Shown here: in pieces, positions 8,681 through 18,451 of the stretch
How the letters are laid out: each line of letters opens with the position of its first letter
Position numbering within the stretch: position 1 is the first letter of the stretch
Source: an uncultured Methanosarcinales archaeon
Lineage (GTDB): Archaea; Nanobdellota; Nanobdellia; Woesearchaeales; ARS49
Reading direction: 5' to 3'
Length of the DNA: 64,000 nucleotides
Assembly (NCBI GenBank): GCA_964550175.1
Contig: CAZJXP010000001.1
Location: 706,774 to 770,773 of the forward strand
Program-made: the position numbers and the translations under genes
The notes under the pieces: model-generated
What the model saw: the letters and a program-made list of their open reading frames with translations, nothing else
The model's database searches: none
What the model was told of the DNA's origin: nothing

Positions 8681-10345
8681 CTAACGTTTTCTTTTCTTCG
8701 CCGGCCGCATGAACCACGCGATCAACAGTCCGAGGATAACGCCGCCGAAGACGAGCCCGACGCGGTCCCAAGGCATCTGCCTGCGCGGGGATTTCTGCTC
8801 AAAATAGATGTCGAGATTGCTAAGCTCGGTCGCGTATTCGGCGAACAGCAATGATGAGTATTGATCCTCGTTGCGCAAGGCCTTTGCGTATTCATAATAG
8901 GAGTAGCCGATTAACGGAAAGATGTTCTTCGATTGCGATCGTGCAAGTGAACGTTGGGCAATGCTTAATTTGAGGTCGATGAGCGCTTGCGTCTGGTTCT
9001 CTTCGACACCGGTGACGGTGATTAACAAATCAGCCTCGGCTTTTGCTTTCGCGGCTTCGTGCAGGCACACGACCGGATTACCATCTTTCAATTCGTTTTC
9101 CGCGTGCTTCAAGGTCTTTAACGTGGCTTGCAATCCTTCGGGGTAGAATGTCTGCACATAGTTGTATCGTTCCTCGGCTTCGCTGAGCTTTTCTTGGCAA
9201 GAACGTAGCAGCGTTTCGTTCGTGAAGGTGGTGGCTTTTCCGCCGGTGCCGAAGAATCTCGTCCAAGCTTTTGCGCTGTTCGCGCGCTCGGTCGCGTATG
9301 CGAGGTCGCGCGTTGTCTCGTCATCGGGGCTTTCGTTCAACAGAAGCTCCGCGGCTTCTCGTGCCTCGTCGATTCGTTCTTTCACCATCATGAACGTCTG
9401 GACGTCCGTGATGGTTTGAAGTGGACGGGCCTTCAACGCATTGTCTTGCGCGTCGATGTCTTGGATGAGTTTTGCGGCCTGTTCTCGGAACTCGGTTATG
9501 TCGTTGATCTTGCTGAACTCCTTCTGCGACTGCGCGAGGTTCGCCCGGAAGCAGTACGACGCGGCGGAGTAATATTCCCCCTGCGCGAAATATGTGTCGG
9601 ACAATAGCGTGAGGTTGAGGATTTTTGGGTCGTCAGTCCTTGGCTTGTCGCACAGCTCTTCAGCGACAGCGCGCATCGTTGTTTTGTAGGTCTCGTCAAT
9701 CGTGAATTTCAGCGTTGATTGGACAAGGGGTTTGTTGGTGAACTGCTCAAGCGCCTCTTGGATAGTCGCGACCTCGACGATTTCGACGCCCAAAGTCTTT
9801 CCGTAGGCGATGAGGTCTGTGGTTTCGTTGCCGTCGCGGTAATGCGACGTTCCGGCCGGAATGAGAATCTTTGTCAAGCCATTAGTTGCGGCCGCGGTTA
9901 TCTTTTCCTTCGTGCCGCCAACAGGGCCGATGATTCCGCCCGAGTTTATCGTGCCGGTCATCGCGACGCTTTCGTTCAGTTTTCGCCCTTCGAGCAAGGT
10001 TGCGACGAGGACTGCGGCGGCTCCTCCCGCGGACGGCCCGCCGACGATACCTGGCGCGGCGTTGATCGTGAAGAAGAAATCGGTGTCGTCGCAGTCGTGG
10101 TCAAGCTCGTTGCAGACGACCTGCTTTGCAAGCCGCATCGAGATCTGCGTTGCGATCTTGGTTAACGGGAAGGTTTCGAGGAACACCCGTCCTGACCCGG
10201 GCTGGGTTTCCAAGGATAGATCCGCAAGCATGCCCGTGCTGTTGCCGTTTTCCTCAACTAAGGCCAAGAGTTTTAGATGGGCTTCTGCGGCGGAAACTGA
10301 TGGGATTAATAGAAGCGATAGGAGAATTAATGCGATGCATTTCAT
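8681..10345 (-). CDS. secreted/membrane-anchored Lon-like S16 serine peptidase (no AAA+ domain)
   Basis: Signal peptide; 'GPSAGGAAA' with the catalytic Ser and 'GGTKEKI' with the catalytic Lys; C-terminal TM segment plus 'KKRKR'. Confidence 0.75.
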   Translation of the reverse strand: MKCIALILLSLLLIPSVSAAEAHLKLLALVEENGNSTGMLADLSLETQPGSGRVFLETFPLTKIATQISMRLAKQVVCNELDHDCDDTDFFFTINAAPGIVGGPSAGGAAAVLVATLLEGRKLNESVAMTGTINSGGIIGPVGGTKEKITAAATNGLTKILIPAGTSHYRDGNETTDLIAYGKTLGVEIVEVATIQEALEQFTNKPLVQSTLKFTIDETYKTTMRAVAEELCDKPRTDDPKILNLTLLSDTYFAQGEYYSAASYCFRANLAQSQKEFSKINDITEFREQAAKLIQDIDAQDNALKARPLQTITDVQTFMMVKERIDEAREAAELLLNESPDDETTRDLAYATERANSAKAWTRFFGTGGKATTFTNETLLRSCQEKLSEAEERYNYVQTFYPEGLQATLKTLKHAENELKDGNPVVCLHEAAKAKAEADLLITVTGVEENQTQALIDLKLSIAQRSLARSQSKNIFPLIGYSYYEYAKALRNEDQYSSLLFAEYATELSNLDIYFEQKSPRRQMPWDRVGLVFGGVILGLLIAWFMRPAKKRKR

Positions 10346-10402
10346 TAGCTATTCTTCCTTGGTTATTGTATATAAGGATTTCCACACATTCGTCCTTGCT
10401 GA

Positions 10403-10487
10403 ACTTTTTACCGCCCCGATTAGAACCGTTGGCTCTATTCAAAATAAACTGATAGCCTAAACGACTCAAAATTCGCTGGTAAAAAGT
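10403..10487. repeat. MITE-like repeat, copy C
   Basis: 'ctttttaccgccccgattagaaccgttggctc...cgactcaaaattcgctggtaaaaag'. Confidence 0.55.
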
Positions 10488-10508
10488 GTACTTGGGCGTG
10501 CAACGTGA

Positions 10509-11102
10509 ATGCAGGAATTTCACTGGACAATCGCTCGTAGCCTATTTGAACGCGTATTTTGTTCGCCGGTTGTGCGCCAGATGACCCTCCTTGAGTTCGG
10601 ACTGAAAATCAAGACCGAGTACGTCCCGATGCGGAACTATCCCTACAAATCAAGACATGGATTGTCCGAGTTGCAATTACGAAAACGGCTCGAGAAACAA
10701 GGCTGGCACGTGTGGCGCGGCGGGTTTTTGCACGCCGCTTCGGATTACTTTCCGTCAGTGCGGCGCAGATATAACCAATTGGCCGAGCTTATTACTGAGT
10801 TTTACGGCAAGGAGTTGTTTGAGCGACTGTGCTATCTTTCGTCCGTGCACCACGGCATGCCTGACTTTCTCTGCTATCATCCCGCCACCAAGGAGTTCAA
10901 GTTTGTGGAGTGCAAATTAGGGCACGAATCGCTTTCTCATCGGCAGATAATGACGATATCTAAATTGCGCGACGTTGGGTTCGTTACTGAGGTGCATAAA
11001 TTGGTTGATTCGTGCACGAAAACAAGACGGGCGACGGTTGACGTTTCTTTCGGAAAGAAGGAGGTGCTTGAGAAGGAAATGACGCTGAAGACGAAGTGGT
11101 GA
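10509..11102 (+). CDS. VRR-NUC domain nuclease (PD-(D/E)xK)
   Basis: 'HGMPDFLCYHP...FVECKLGHESLSHRQ'. Confidence 0.6.
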   Translation: MQEFHWTIARSLFERVFCSPVVRQMTLLEFGLKIKTEYVPMRNYPYKSRHGLSELQLRKRLEKQGWHVWRGGFLHAASDYFPSVRRRYNQLAELITEFYGKELFERLCYLSSVHHGMPDFLCYHPATKEFKFVECKLGHESLSHRQIMTISKLRDVGFVTEVHKLVDSCTKTRRATVDVSFGKKEVLEKEMTLKTKW

Positions 11103-13403
11103 TTACTTCTTCGCTTTTGTTTTTTTCACGGTTTTCTTCGCTTTTGGCGCAGGTTTCGTCGGAGCCGTTACATTAGAAGTTGCATTGGGCGTTCCAGGCA
11201 CCGTAGTCGTCCCATCCGCTGCTTTCGCCACACGCTCGGCCTTCTGGATGTAGCGACACTTCGGGAATTGGTCGCACGCGACGAACTGGCCGTAGACAGA
11301 CTTTCTCACGAGAAGCTTGCCAATTAAACACTTCGGGCAAGACTGCCCGACAATCTTTGATAAGTCGACATACTTCTTCGGGCAGTCCGTGTTGATGCAG
11401 ACTTCCTGCGGCTTCTTCGCCTTCTTGATGATGAGAATGATGGGGTGGGTGCAGACGTCGCAAATCTTGTCCGTCACCTGCGTCAATCCGTTCGTCGGCA
11501 GCTTGAATGTCGTCTTGCATTCCGGATAGGTGTCGCAGGCGATGAATTTGCCGAACTTTCCTTTTCGTAAGACCAAATGACCATTTACGCACTTCGGGCA
11601 CTTGCCGACGCGCGTGAGGCTTGTTCTTGTGTCTTGGAAAGTGACTTTGAGCCCTTCGCCGATTTCTTTTTCCTTGGTCTTGAATGCGGCCAGTATCTTG
11701 ATTAATAGTTTCCTTGCATCCTCAAGAATCAACGGGCCTTTTGCCTTGTGCTCGCGGATCTGGTCCATCTCATCTTCAAACTTTTTGGTCAAGTTTTCGT
11801 CGACAATTTCGGGAACGTTCTTTTCCAAAACGTCCGTGATGTGGATGCCGAGCTCGGTCGCCTGGATTGCTTTTCCGGTGATGTAGTTTCGCTCGTACAG
11901 CGTTTCGATGATGTTGGCTCGCGTCGCTTTCGTGCCGAGGTTGCGCTTTTCGAGCTCCTTGATGATGCTCGCTTCCGTGTATCGTTTTGGCGGCTGTGTT
12001 TCTTTCGTATGGAGCGTGAATTCTTTGACTGTCACGGTGTCGCCCTTTTCCATCGGCGGAAGCTCGTCCTCGCCGAACGGAACATACGGCGCGTAGAATT
12101 CGTGCCAGCCCTTGACAACCGTGGTTGTGCCGGCCGCGATGAACGGTTCGTTCTTCGCGTTTAATTCCACGGTCATTGTCTCTCGGGTTGCGGGATCGGA
12201 GAACGTCGCGAGGAATCGTTTGACAATCAAATCGTACACTTTCGCCGGTCGGTCATCCAATCGTTTCGGCAACACACCCGTCGGATAGATGGCCGGGTGG
12301 GCCGGGTCGGTCTTGAGGCCGTTGTGCGGCACCAGCGTGCCCTTCTTCAGGAGTTTGTTGACGAGCGCTTCGTACATGTCCTCGCGCTTGAGCGAATTGA
12401 AAATCTTGTTGAACCCCAACGCGGGCGGGAGCTGCTGGCTGCTCGTTCGCGGATACGAAATGTATCCCGAGGTGTACAAGTCCTGCGCGATGTCGAGCGT
12501 GAACCTCGGCGAGATGCCGAAGCAGCGGTAGGATTCCGTCTGCAAGGTCGTGAGGTCGAATGGCGTCGGCGGGTGCTGCTGGAACTGCTTCTTGACAAGG
12601 CTGGTGACTTCGACCTTCTTTTCGTCCTTCACCTTCGCGTAGATGGCGTCGGCCTTCGGCTTGTCCCAGAACTTGTCCTCCTTGTGCCACGCACTGACGG
12701 GCTTTTGTTTATGGTCACCCACAAGCTCAATCTGCCAGAACGGCACGGGCTTGAACGCGAGAATCTCCTTTTCGCGGTCGACGATGGTCTTGAGTGCAGG
12801 TCCTTGGACGCGACCGGTCGAGAGAATCTTGAACATGCCGGACGTCTTGATTGCGGACGTTAACGCTCGAGAAAAGTTGATGCCGTAATAGTAGTCGAGG
12901 AAATGTCGCGTTTCGCCGGCTTCGGCCTGTCCCCAGTCCAGGTGCGGCATCGCCTTAGCGTAGGCTTCGACAAGGTCTTCCTTGGTCAAGGTGCTGAACT
13001 TCATTCGATGTGCGTCCTTCTGGTTGCACGCGTACTTCACGATATTGAGCCCGATGACCTCGCCTTCGACGTCGTAGTCCGTCGCGACCGTGAACGAGTC
13101 GGCTTTTTTCGCTAAGGACTTGATTTCATCGAGATATTTCTTTGAGAATGCGGCGCTTCGCGAAACGTCGCTGGTTGGCACCCATTGGATGTCGAACACC
13201 GGATATTGGAATCCTTTCGTCTTCACTTTTTCGGCCAGACCGTACAAATGACCGACTGCGCAAGCCACGATGATCTTCTTGCCCTTGTGAGTGAGCTCGT
13301 AATACGGAGCGCCAGAGCCGCCCTTGTGCGCTTTGTCGTCGGCTAACGCGTCGGCGATCTTCTTCGCGGCGTTCGGCTTTTCAGTGATGATGAGCTCAAC
13401 CAT
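11103..13403 (-). CDS. topA: DNA topoisomerase I (type IA) with C-terminal zinc ribbons
   Basis: Toprim domain 'LIITEKPNAAKKIA'. C-terminal CxxC...CxxC ribbon pairs. The start is trimmed to the Met preceding the Toprim domain. Confidence 0.9.
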   Translation of the reverse strand: MVELIITEKPNAAKKIADALADDKAHKGGSGAPYYELTHKGKKIIVACAVGHLYGLAEKVKTKGFQYPVFDIQWVPTSDVSRSAAFSKKYLDEIKSLAKKADSFTVATDYDVEGEVIGLNIVKYACNQKDAHRMKFSTLTKEDLVEAYAKAMPHLDWGQAEAGETRHFLDYYYGINFSRALTSAIKTSGMFKILSTGRVQGPALKTIVDREKEILAFKPVPFWQIELVGDHKQKPVSAWHKEDKFWDKPKADAIYAKVKDEKKVEVTSLVKKQFQQHPPTPFDLTTLQTESYRCFGISPRFTLDIAQDLYTSGYISYPRTSSQQLPPALGFNKIFNSLKREDMYEALVNKLLKKGTLVPHNGLKTDPAHPAIYPTGVLPKRLDDRPAKVYDLIVKRFLATFSDPATRETMTVELNAKNEPFIAAGTTTVVKGWHEFYAPYVPFGEDELPPMEKGDTVTVKEFTLHTKETQPPKRYTEASIIKELEKRNLGTKATRANIIETLYERNYITGKAIQATELGIHITDVLEKNVPEIVDENLTKKFEDEMDQIREHKAKGPLILEDARKLLIKILAAFKTKEKEIGEGLKVTFQDTRTSLTRVGKCPKCVNGHLVLRKGKFGKFIACDTYPECKTTFKLPTNGLTQVTDKICDVCTHPIILIIKKAKKPQEVCINTDCPKKYVDLSKIVGQSCPKCLIGKLLVRKSVYGQFVACDQFPKCRYIQKAERVAKAADGTTTVPGTPNATSNVTAPTKPAPKAKKTVKKTKAKK

Positions 13404-13497
13404 GACGGTTTCGAACAAGAGGGAGTTTAAAAAACTTTGGCATACTATATTATATGCCAAAAGAAGAGTATTTAAAGGAGAAATCGTTACTTCAGCC

Positions 13498-14073
13498 ATG
13501 AGCATTTTCATGGCAGTGCGGATGTTCTTCGGCGGACCGGTCCCCGTCATCACCCGCATACGGAAGAATCCTGAATTGCAGCAGAAGATCGTTCACGCCA
13601 TCGCATTCATTTCGACTGGCTGCGCGCTTTCCGTTCACGAACGAATGCTGAAACAATATCCTCGGCTTAAGAGTATGAACTCATTACTCATAAAGCACGG
13701 ATTCGAACCGGTCACCAGTGTCGAACGTTCCGTTACGCCAAATGGTCAGCCCTTTTTTATGTCGCGAAATGCGCTGAGCGAGATTTTGTATTTGCTTCTG
13801 CCTGATCGAAAAGACATCCCGGCGGAACAGTCGCTTTCTTCCCTGATGAGGAGCCAAACAACCGATTACAAGCAGCATCTTCAGTTGGCTATTCTGTATT
13901 TTTGTGCCGAGGTCGCTCGGGCAGTGCTGCCCGACAACAAGAATAAGAGCGCGGAAACCAAGGCGCTCACGCAAAAATTGTACGGAGAGACCATGTTGTC
14001 TCTTGAGCACGAACTTCTCAACCTTTCTGAGATATCGACAGTTATCTATTCCATTGAGCAAAGCAAGGTTTAA
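13498..14073 (+). CDS. hypothetical protein
   Basis: ORF after TATA 'tatattatatgcc'. No recognisable motifs. Confidence 0.35.
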   Translation: MSIFMAVRMFFGGPVPVITRIRKNPELQQKIVHAIAFISTGCALSVHERMLKQYPRLKSMNSLLIKHGFEPVTSVERSVTPNGQPFFMSRNALSEILYLLLPDRKDIPAEQSLSSLMRSQTTDYKQHLQLAILYFCAEVARAVLPDNKNKSAETKALTQKLYGETMLSLEHELLNLSEISTVIYSIEQSKV

Positions 14074-14100
14074 ATACCCTGTTGCGCATTTTTCAGTTAT

Positions 14101-15120
14101 ATGCACCACGATTTCGCCACCCAGTTCAAAGGAGAGGCGTTCCCGCAGATTCTCGGCCAGACTCAGACGAAGCACCAGCTGAAGTCTGCGTTATTGATGG
14201 ACCGCCATGTCATCATCGTCGGCCCGCCGGGCATTGGCAAAACGACGCTGGCCAAGAACGTGGCGCAACTTCTTCCGAGTATTCTTGTAAATGATTGTGA
14301 TTATCATTGCGACCCGCAGAAGCCGATGTGCCCGTCTTGCAAGAATAAGAAGGCAAAGACAATCAAAGTTTCTGGTGAAGACCGATTCATCCGCGTGCAA
14401 GGCAGTCCCGACTTGACGGCCGAGGATTTGCTCGGTGACATAGATCCAGTAAAGGCATTGCAGTTCGGCCCGACAAGCATCCAGGCGTTCACGCCCGGCA
14501 AAATATTCAAGGCCAACAATGGCATCTTGTTCTTCGATGAATTGAACCGCGCGCCCGAAAAATTGCAGAACGCGCTGCTGCAAGTTCTTGAGGAAGGAAA
14601 GGCAACCATCGGCAGCTACTCAATTGATTTGCCGGCGAACTTCATCTTCATCGGCACGATGAACCCGGAAGAGACCGCGGCAACCGAGAAATTATCCGAC
14701 GTGTTCCTTGACCGTTTCGACATCATCCACATGGGCTATCCTGAGACGGTCGAGCTCGAACGGCAGATTGTTCTGTCCCACGGCAAAAAGATTGAAGTTG
14801 CTTTTGATGTGAATTTACTGACGCTCGCGCTGTTCTTCGTTCGCTCATTACGACAGCACAAGGACGTGCAGAAGAAGCCGTCCGTGCGAGCGTCTTTGGG
14901 AATTTATGAGCGCGCGCAAGCGAACGCCTTCCTCGCGAAGCGAAAATCAGTAACGAGCCAGGATGTTTCGGATGCGCTCATCAGCGTGCTCGGCCACCGA
15001 CTCGAGCTTAAACCTTCAGCTAAATACTTGCAGTCATCCGACCAGTTCGTCGCAGAACAGTTCAAGAATTTCTTGCGGGACACCCCTGCATTCGAAGAGC
15101 ACGGTGGTGGTGGTCTTTGA
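14101..15120 (+). CDS. MoxR/ChlI-like AAA+ ATPase with Zn-ribbon insertion
   Basis: Walker A 'GPPGIGKTT'; Walker B 'ILFFDELNRA'; sensor 'GTMNPEE'; insertion 'CDYHCDPQKPMCPSCK'. Confidence 0.8.
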   Translation: MHHDFATQFKGEAFPQILGQTQTKHQLKSALLMDRHVIIVGPPGIGKTTLAKNVAQLLPSILVNDCDYHCDPQKPMCPSCKNKKAKTIKVSGEDRFIRVQGSPDLTAEDLLGDIDPVKALQFGPTSIQAFTPGKIFKANNGILFFDELNRAPEKLQNALLQVLEEGKATIGSYSIDLPANFIFIGTMNPEETAATEKLSDVFLDRFDIIHMGYPETVELERQIVLSHGKKIEVAFDVNLLTLALFFVRSLRQHKDVQKKPSVRASLGIYERAQANAFLAKRKSVTSQDVSDALISVLGHRLELKPSAKYLQSSDQFVAEQFKNFLRDTPAFEEHGGGGL

Positions 15121-16297
15121 CGTGGAGGACGTCAAAGTCCAAGACCTCCAAGATATAGACGAACTCGACGGGAAGCTTTCCAATTCTAAGGACGAAGCGC
15201 TTATGCATTCGGTGATGCAGAACGACAAGCAAACAATTGATGATGGTAAATTAATCGCGGATTCGTTCAATCAAGGGCTCGGAAGCTTTACGCCGGACAT
15301 TCTTTTTGAGCAGATTGTGAAGAACTATTCGCTTGCGAAACAATTGCTAGGGGATACGATTTTGCGTCTTGTGTCGGGGTATGACCCGAATTATATCGAG
15401 AAGAACCTGCCGATTCCTGAGTTCAGAAAACAACTGATGTCGAACATCCGCAAGAAGATCGACCAGCTCAAGGATAAGAAATTGCTGACGGACGACGGCA
15501 TGATTGCCGAAAAGGGCGTTGATTTAGCGAGCATGGTGCTCTATGTCGAAGAGCTCGACCATCTGATTCCCAAAGGCGCATTTGGCGAACGGACGCTCAA
15601 AAAACGAGCGCAGTACGGCGAGCATGGTGAGGCTCGGATTTATCGAAAGGGGGATAGGTATCGTGACGTCAGCGTGCGCAAGAGCGTGCGACTCGCGGTG
15701 CGACGCGGAAACGCGAAGCTTTCTCCGAACGATTTGAAAATCCAAGAGCGCCGGAGCAAAGGAACGGTTCATTTGATTTACGGCATCGACTCGAGCGCGA
15801 GCATGAAAGGAAGCAAGCTCGAGACGTGCAAAAAAGCAGGGATTGCGTTAGCGTATCAGGCCATCCAGCACAAGGACCTTGTCGGGCTAGTCGTGTTCGG
15901 AAACGAAGTCAAGAACTCGATTGCACCGACGAGCGACTTCAACCAATTGTTGCGGGCGTTGACGACCGTTAAAGCGTCGCGCGAGACCGACTTCACCGCT
16001 TTGATCATGAAAGCGATAGAATTGTTTCCGATTAATGATTCGACCCGGCATTTGATTATTCTTACTGACGCGATGCCGACCGTCGGCTTGGAGCCGCGCG
16101 AGGAGACCATCGCGGCGGTTGGACGAGCTGCCGCAGCGGGAATCACGCTGTCCATTGTTGGAATCCAGCTGGATAGAAATGGAACGTCTCTCGCAAAAGA
16201 AATGGTTCAGATCGGCAACGGACGTCTGTACTCCGTGAAGAACCTTGATGAAGTTGATAAACTTGTTTTGCAGGAATACGATGAGATTAGGGGATAG
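15110..16297 (+). CDS. VWA (MIDAS) domain protein, partner of the AAA+ ATPase
   Basis: MIDAS 'GIDSSASM' ... 'ILTDAMPT'. Start uncertain: a GTG overlapping the upstream stop, or the ATG at 15209. Confidence 0.7.
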   Translation: MVFDVEDVKVQDLQDIDELDGKLSNSKDEALMHSVMQNDKQTIDDGKLIADSFNQGLGSFTPDILFEQIVKNYSLAKQLLGDTILRLVSGYDPNYIEKNLPIPEFRKQLMSNIRKKIDQLKDKKLLTDDGMIAEKGVDLASMVLYVEELDHLIPKGAFGERTLKKRAQYGEHGEARIYRKGDRYRDVSVRKSVRLAVRRGNAKLSPNDLKIQERRSKGTVHLIYGIDSSASMKGSKLETCKKAGIALAYQAIQHKDLVGLVVFGNEVKNSIAPTSDFNQLLRALTTVKASRETDFTALIMKAIELFPINDSTRHLIILTDAMPTVGLEPREETIAAVGRAAAAGITLSIVGIQLDRNGTSLAKEMVQIGNGRLYSVKNLDEVDKLVLQEYDEIRG

Positions 16298-16303
16298 TCA
16301 AGA

Positions 16304-16412
16304 TACTTTTTACCGCCCAAACTTTTTACCGCCCCGATTAGAACCGGTGGCTCAATCGTAAATAGAATTATTGCCTAAACGACTCAAAATCTGCCGGCGC
16401 GAACCAACGTAA
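16304..16412. repeat. MITE-like repeat, copy D (duplicated head)
   Basis: 'ctttttaccgccc' ×2 ... 'cgactcaaaatctgccggcgcgaaccaacgt'. Confidence 0.55.
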
Positions 16413-16458
16413 AGGGAACTCTTACTGCGTAGGAACGCGTAAATTGCCCTAAGAAACC

Positions 16459-16468
16459 TTTATATACT
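16459..16468 (+). promoter_or_regulatory. TATA box
   Basis: 'tttatatact', about 25 nt upstream of the ATG at 16489. Confidence 0.4.
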
Positions 16469-16488
16469 CTTAACTTAAAAACAAGCGT

Positions 16489-16617
16489 ATGAAAAAGAAG
16501 GTGACCAGCCATTCGAAGCACCCTGGCGTGAAGCGCGATCATCAAACTCTCTTCGTCTTTTGGGTGCTCGCTGCCGTGTTGCTCATCATCGTGGTTGCGC
16601 TCCTTCGCGCAGCATGA
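16489..16617 (+). CDS. small (42 aa) single-TM protein
   Basis: 'MKKKVTSHSKHPGVKRDHQTLFVFWVLAAVLLIIVVALLRAA'. Stop overlaps the next start (ATGA). Confidence 0.3.
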   Translation: MKKKVTSHSKHPGVKRDHQTLFVFWVLAAVLLIIVVALLRAA

Positions 16618-17852
16618 AGCGCACCCATTCGCCCGTTCTGACATTGATGCTTATCGTATCGATTGTCGGGTTTGTTCTTGCGGTTTCTGACCCGTCCGTA
16701 ACCGGGGCGTTCCATAAGGTGGACGTTGACAAGTTCAAGAGCATCGCCTGCACGCATCGCGGGCTTTGCCCGGAATCCTTTGCAGGAGGCTCAATTGACT
16801 GCGTCCCGAGCGCCCCAAAGAAAATCGCGGACAGATGCGAAATAGATTTGACTCCCGATGCGGGAAAATCCGCTTGCTATGATTACCCCGCGGGAACGGG
16901 CACGACCGGTCACGCGTGCTCGGGTGAAGACGTGACTTATGTTTGCGACGATACTGGCTTTTACGAGTTACGGCGTGACGCCTGCAAAACTGATGGCGTT
17001 TGCAGCGACAGCGACCATGGCATTGCCGTCACCATTAAAGGCATCGTCACGGTGAAAGAAGCCCGCGATGTGAGCAGCATATTCTCCATTGCCTCAGTTG
17101 ATAGTTCCACAGTTGATACGATTTACAAGGACCACTGCGTCGGAAGCTCAGGAAGCCCGGCGGTTACCAGCTCGATACTTCGCGAGTATTTCTGCACCGA
17201 TGACGGCGCGGGATTCGTCGATTACGACTGCTCGAAATCCGGCGGCACGTGCAAGGACCCGCCCGGCGGACCCGATGCGTGCACGCAATTGGCCGTCGGA
17301 GAAGTCCCGCCGCCCGTTCCGTGCGCGGGAATCGCAAATCCGTGCGGCATCTTCAACCCGTGCCAGCAGGGATTCACTTGCCTGAACTGCAAATGCCAGT
17401 GGGCTCCGCCGGCTTCGATATTCAATGCGCGCCTGGGTTATCCCGTTATTGATGCTGATTGCGTCTCGGGAACGACCGCGATGATGTACGGACAGGCGCG
17501 TGTCTGCACCGCGAACGGCGCGGTGAATAGCTGGGATGTTGTCACGCCCGTTCCTGCGGCGGATGATTTAGAAAATAGTTTCTTCGACGTTTTCGCGAAC
17601 TTGCCGTCGGAAGATTTGACGCTTGCAGGCGGCGCGGTGGTTCCGGCGGTCGCTCCTTCGGTGTCAACGATTCCTGCAACTACTTCAAATAACGTTGTTC
17701 AAGCAAATGTTTGCCCAGGAAACACGGAATGCCATGGGGCAACCATCGGCACGTCCATTGAAGCAGTCCAGGGCTGCAAGCGATTGTATCCGCAATCAAC
17801 GGTTCCGCTAGGTTGCAACACCCAGTGCCGGTGCGCTCCTACGCAGGGTTAA
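16614..17852 (+). CDS. secreted Cys-rich protein
   Basis: Signal peptide 'MKRTHSPVLTLMLIVSIVGFVLA'; many Cys spaced through 'CxxDGxC'-type segments. Confidence 0.55.
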   Translation: MKRTHSPVLTLMLIVSIVGFVLAVSDPSVTGAFHKVDVDKFKSIACTHRGLCPESFAGGSIDCVPSAPKKIADRCEIDLTPDAGKSACYDYPAGTGTTGHACSGEDVTYVCDDTGFYELRRDACKTDGVCSDSDHGIAVTIKGIVTVKEARDVSSIFSIASVDSSTVDTIYKDHCVGSSGSPAVTSSILREYFCTDDGAGFVDYDCSKSGGTCKDPPGGPDACTQLAVGEVPPPVPCAGIANPCGIFNPCQQGFTCLNCKCQWAPPASIFNARLGYPVIDADCVSGTTAMMYGQARVCTANGAVNSWDVVTPVPAADDLENSFFDVFANLPSEDLTLAGGAVVPAVAPSVSTIPATTSNNVVQANVCPGNTECHGATIGTSIEAVQGCKRLYPQSTVPLGCNTQCRCAPTQG

Positions 17853-17856
17853 TCAT

Positions 17857-18451
17857 GAAGATTCTCGCTTTCACCGACGTCCATTCCAGTTTGACTGCGA
17901 TCAAAAAAATTGAGTTGCTCGTCAAGAAAGAGAAGCCGGATTTTCTTGTGAATCTTGGAGATTTTACGGTGTTTGAGCAGAACATAGAGAATGTTTGCAA
18001 GAAACTCGTCAAACTACACCCGCACCAGCTGGTCGTGCACGGCAACCATGAGGAAGACGTCACGGCAGCATTGATGTGCAAGCGTCATGGCTGGACGTTC
18101 TGCCACAAGAAATGCGTGCAGATCGATGATGTCCTCTTTGTTGGGTATGGTGGCGGCGGGTTTGCCGACCGCGAGCCCGAGTTCGAGCGCTGCGTGAAAA
18201 ACGTCGCGAAAACGATACATTCGGCGAAGAAAGTCGTGCTATTGACGCACCAACCAGCCTATGGCACTGCCGTTGACAACAAATATGGTGACCATGTCGG
18301 CAACGAGTCATTCACAAAATTCATCAAAACGAACAAAAACGTGACTTTGGCGTTGAGCGGCCATATCCACGAGACTTCCGGAAAATCAAGCAAAATCGGA
18401 AAAACGTTATTGTGCAATCCAGGGCCGTACGGCAGGGTGTTCACGGTATGA
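17857..18451 (+). CDS. metallophosphoesterase (calcineurin-like)
   Basis: 'DVHS', 'GDF', 'GNHE', 'GHIHE' motifs. Confidence 0.7.
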
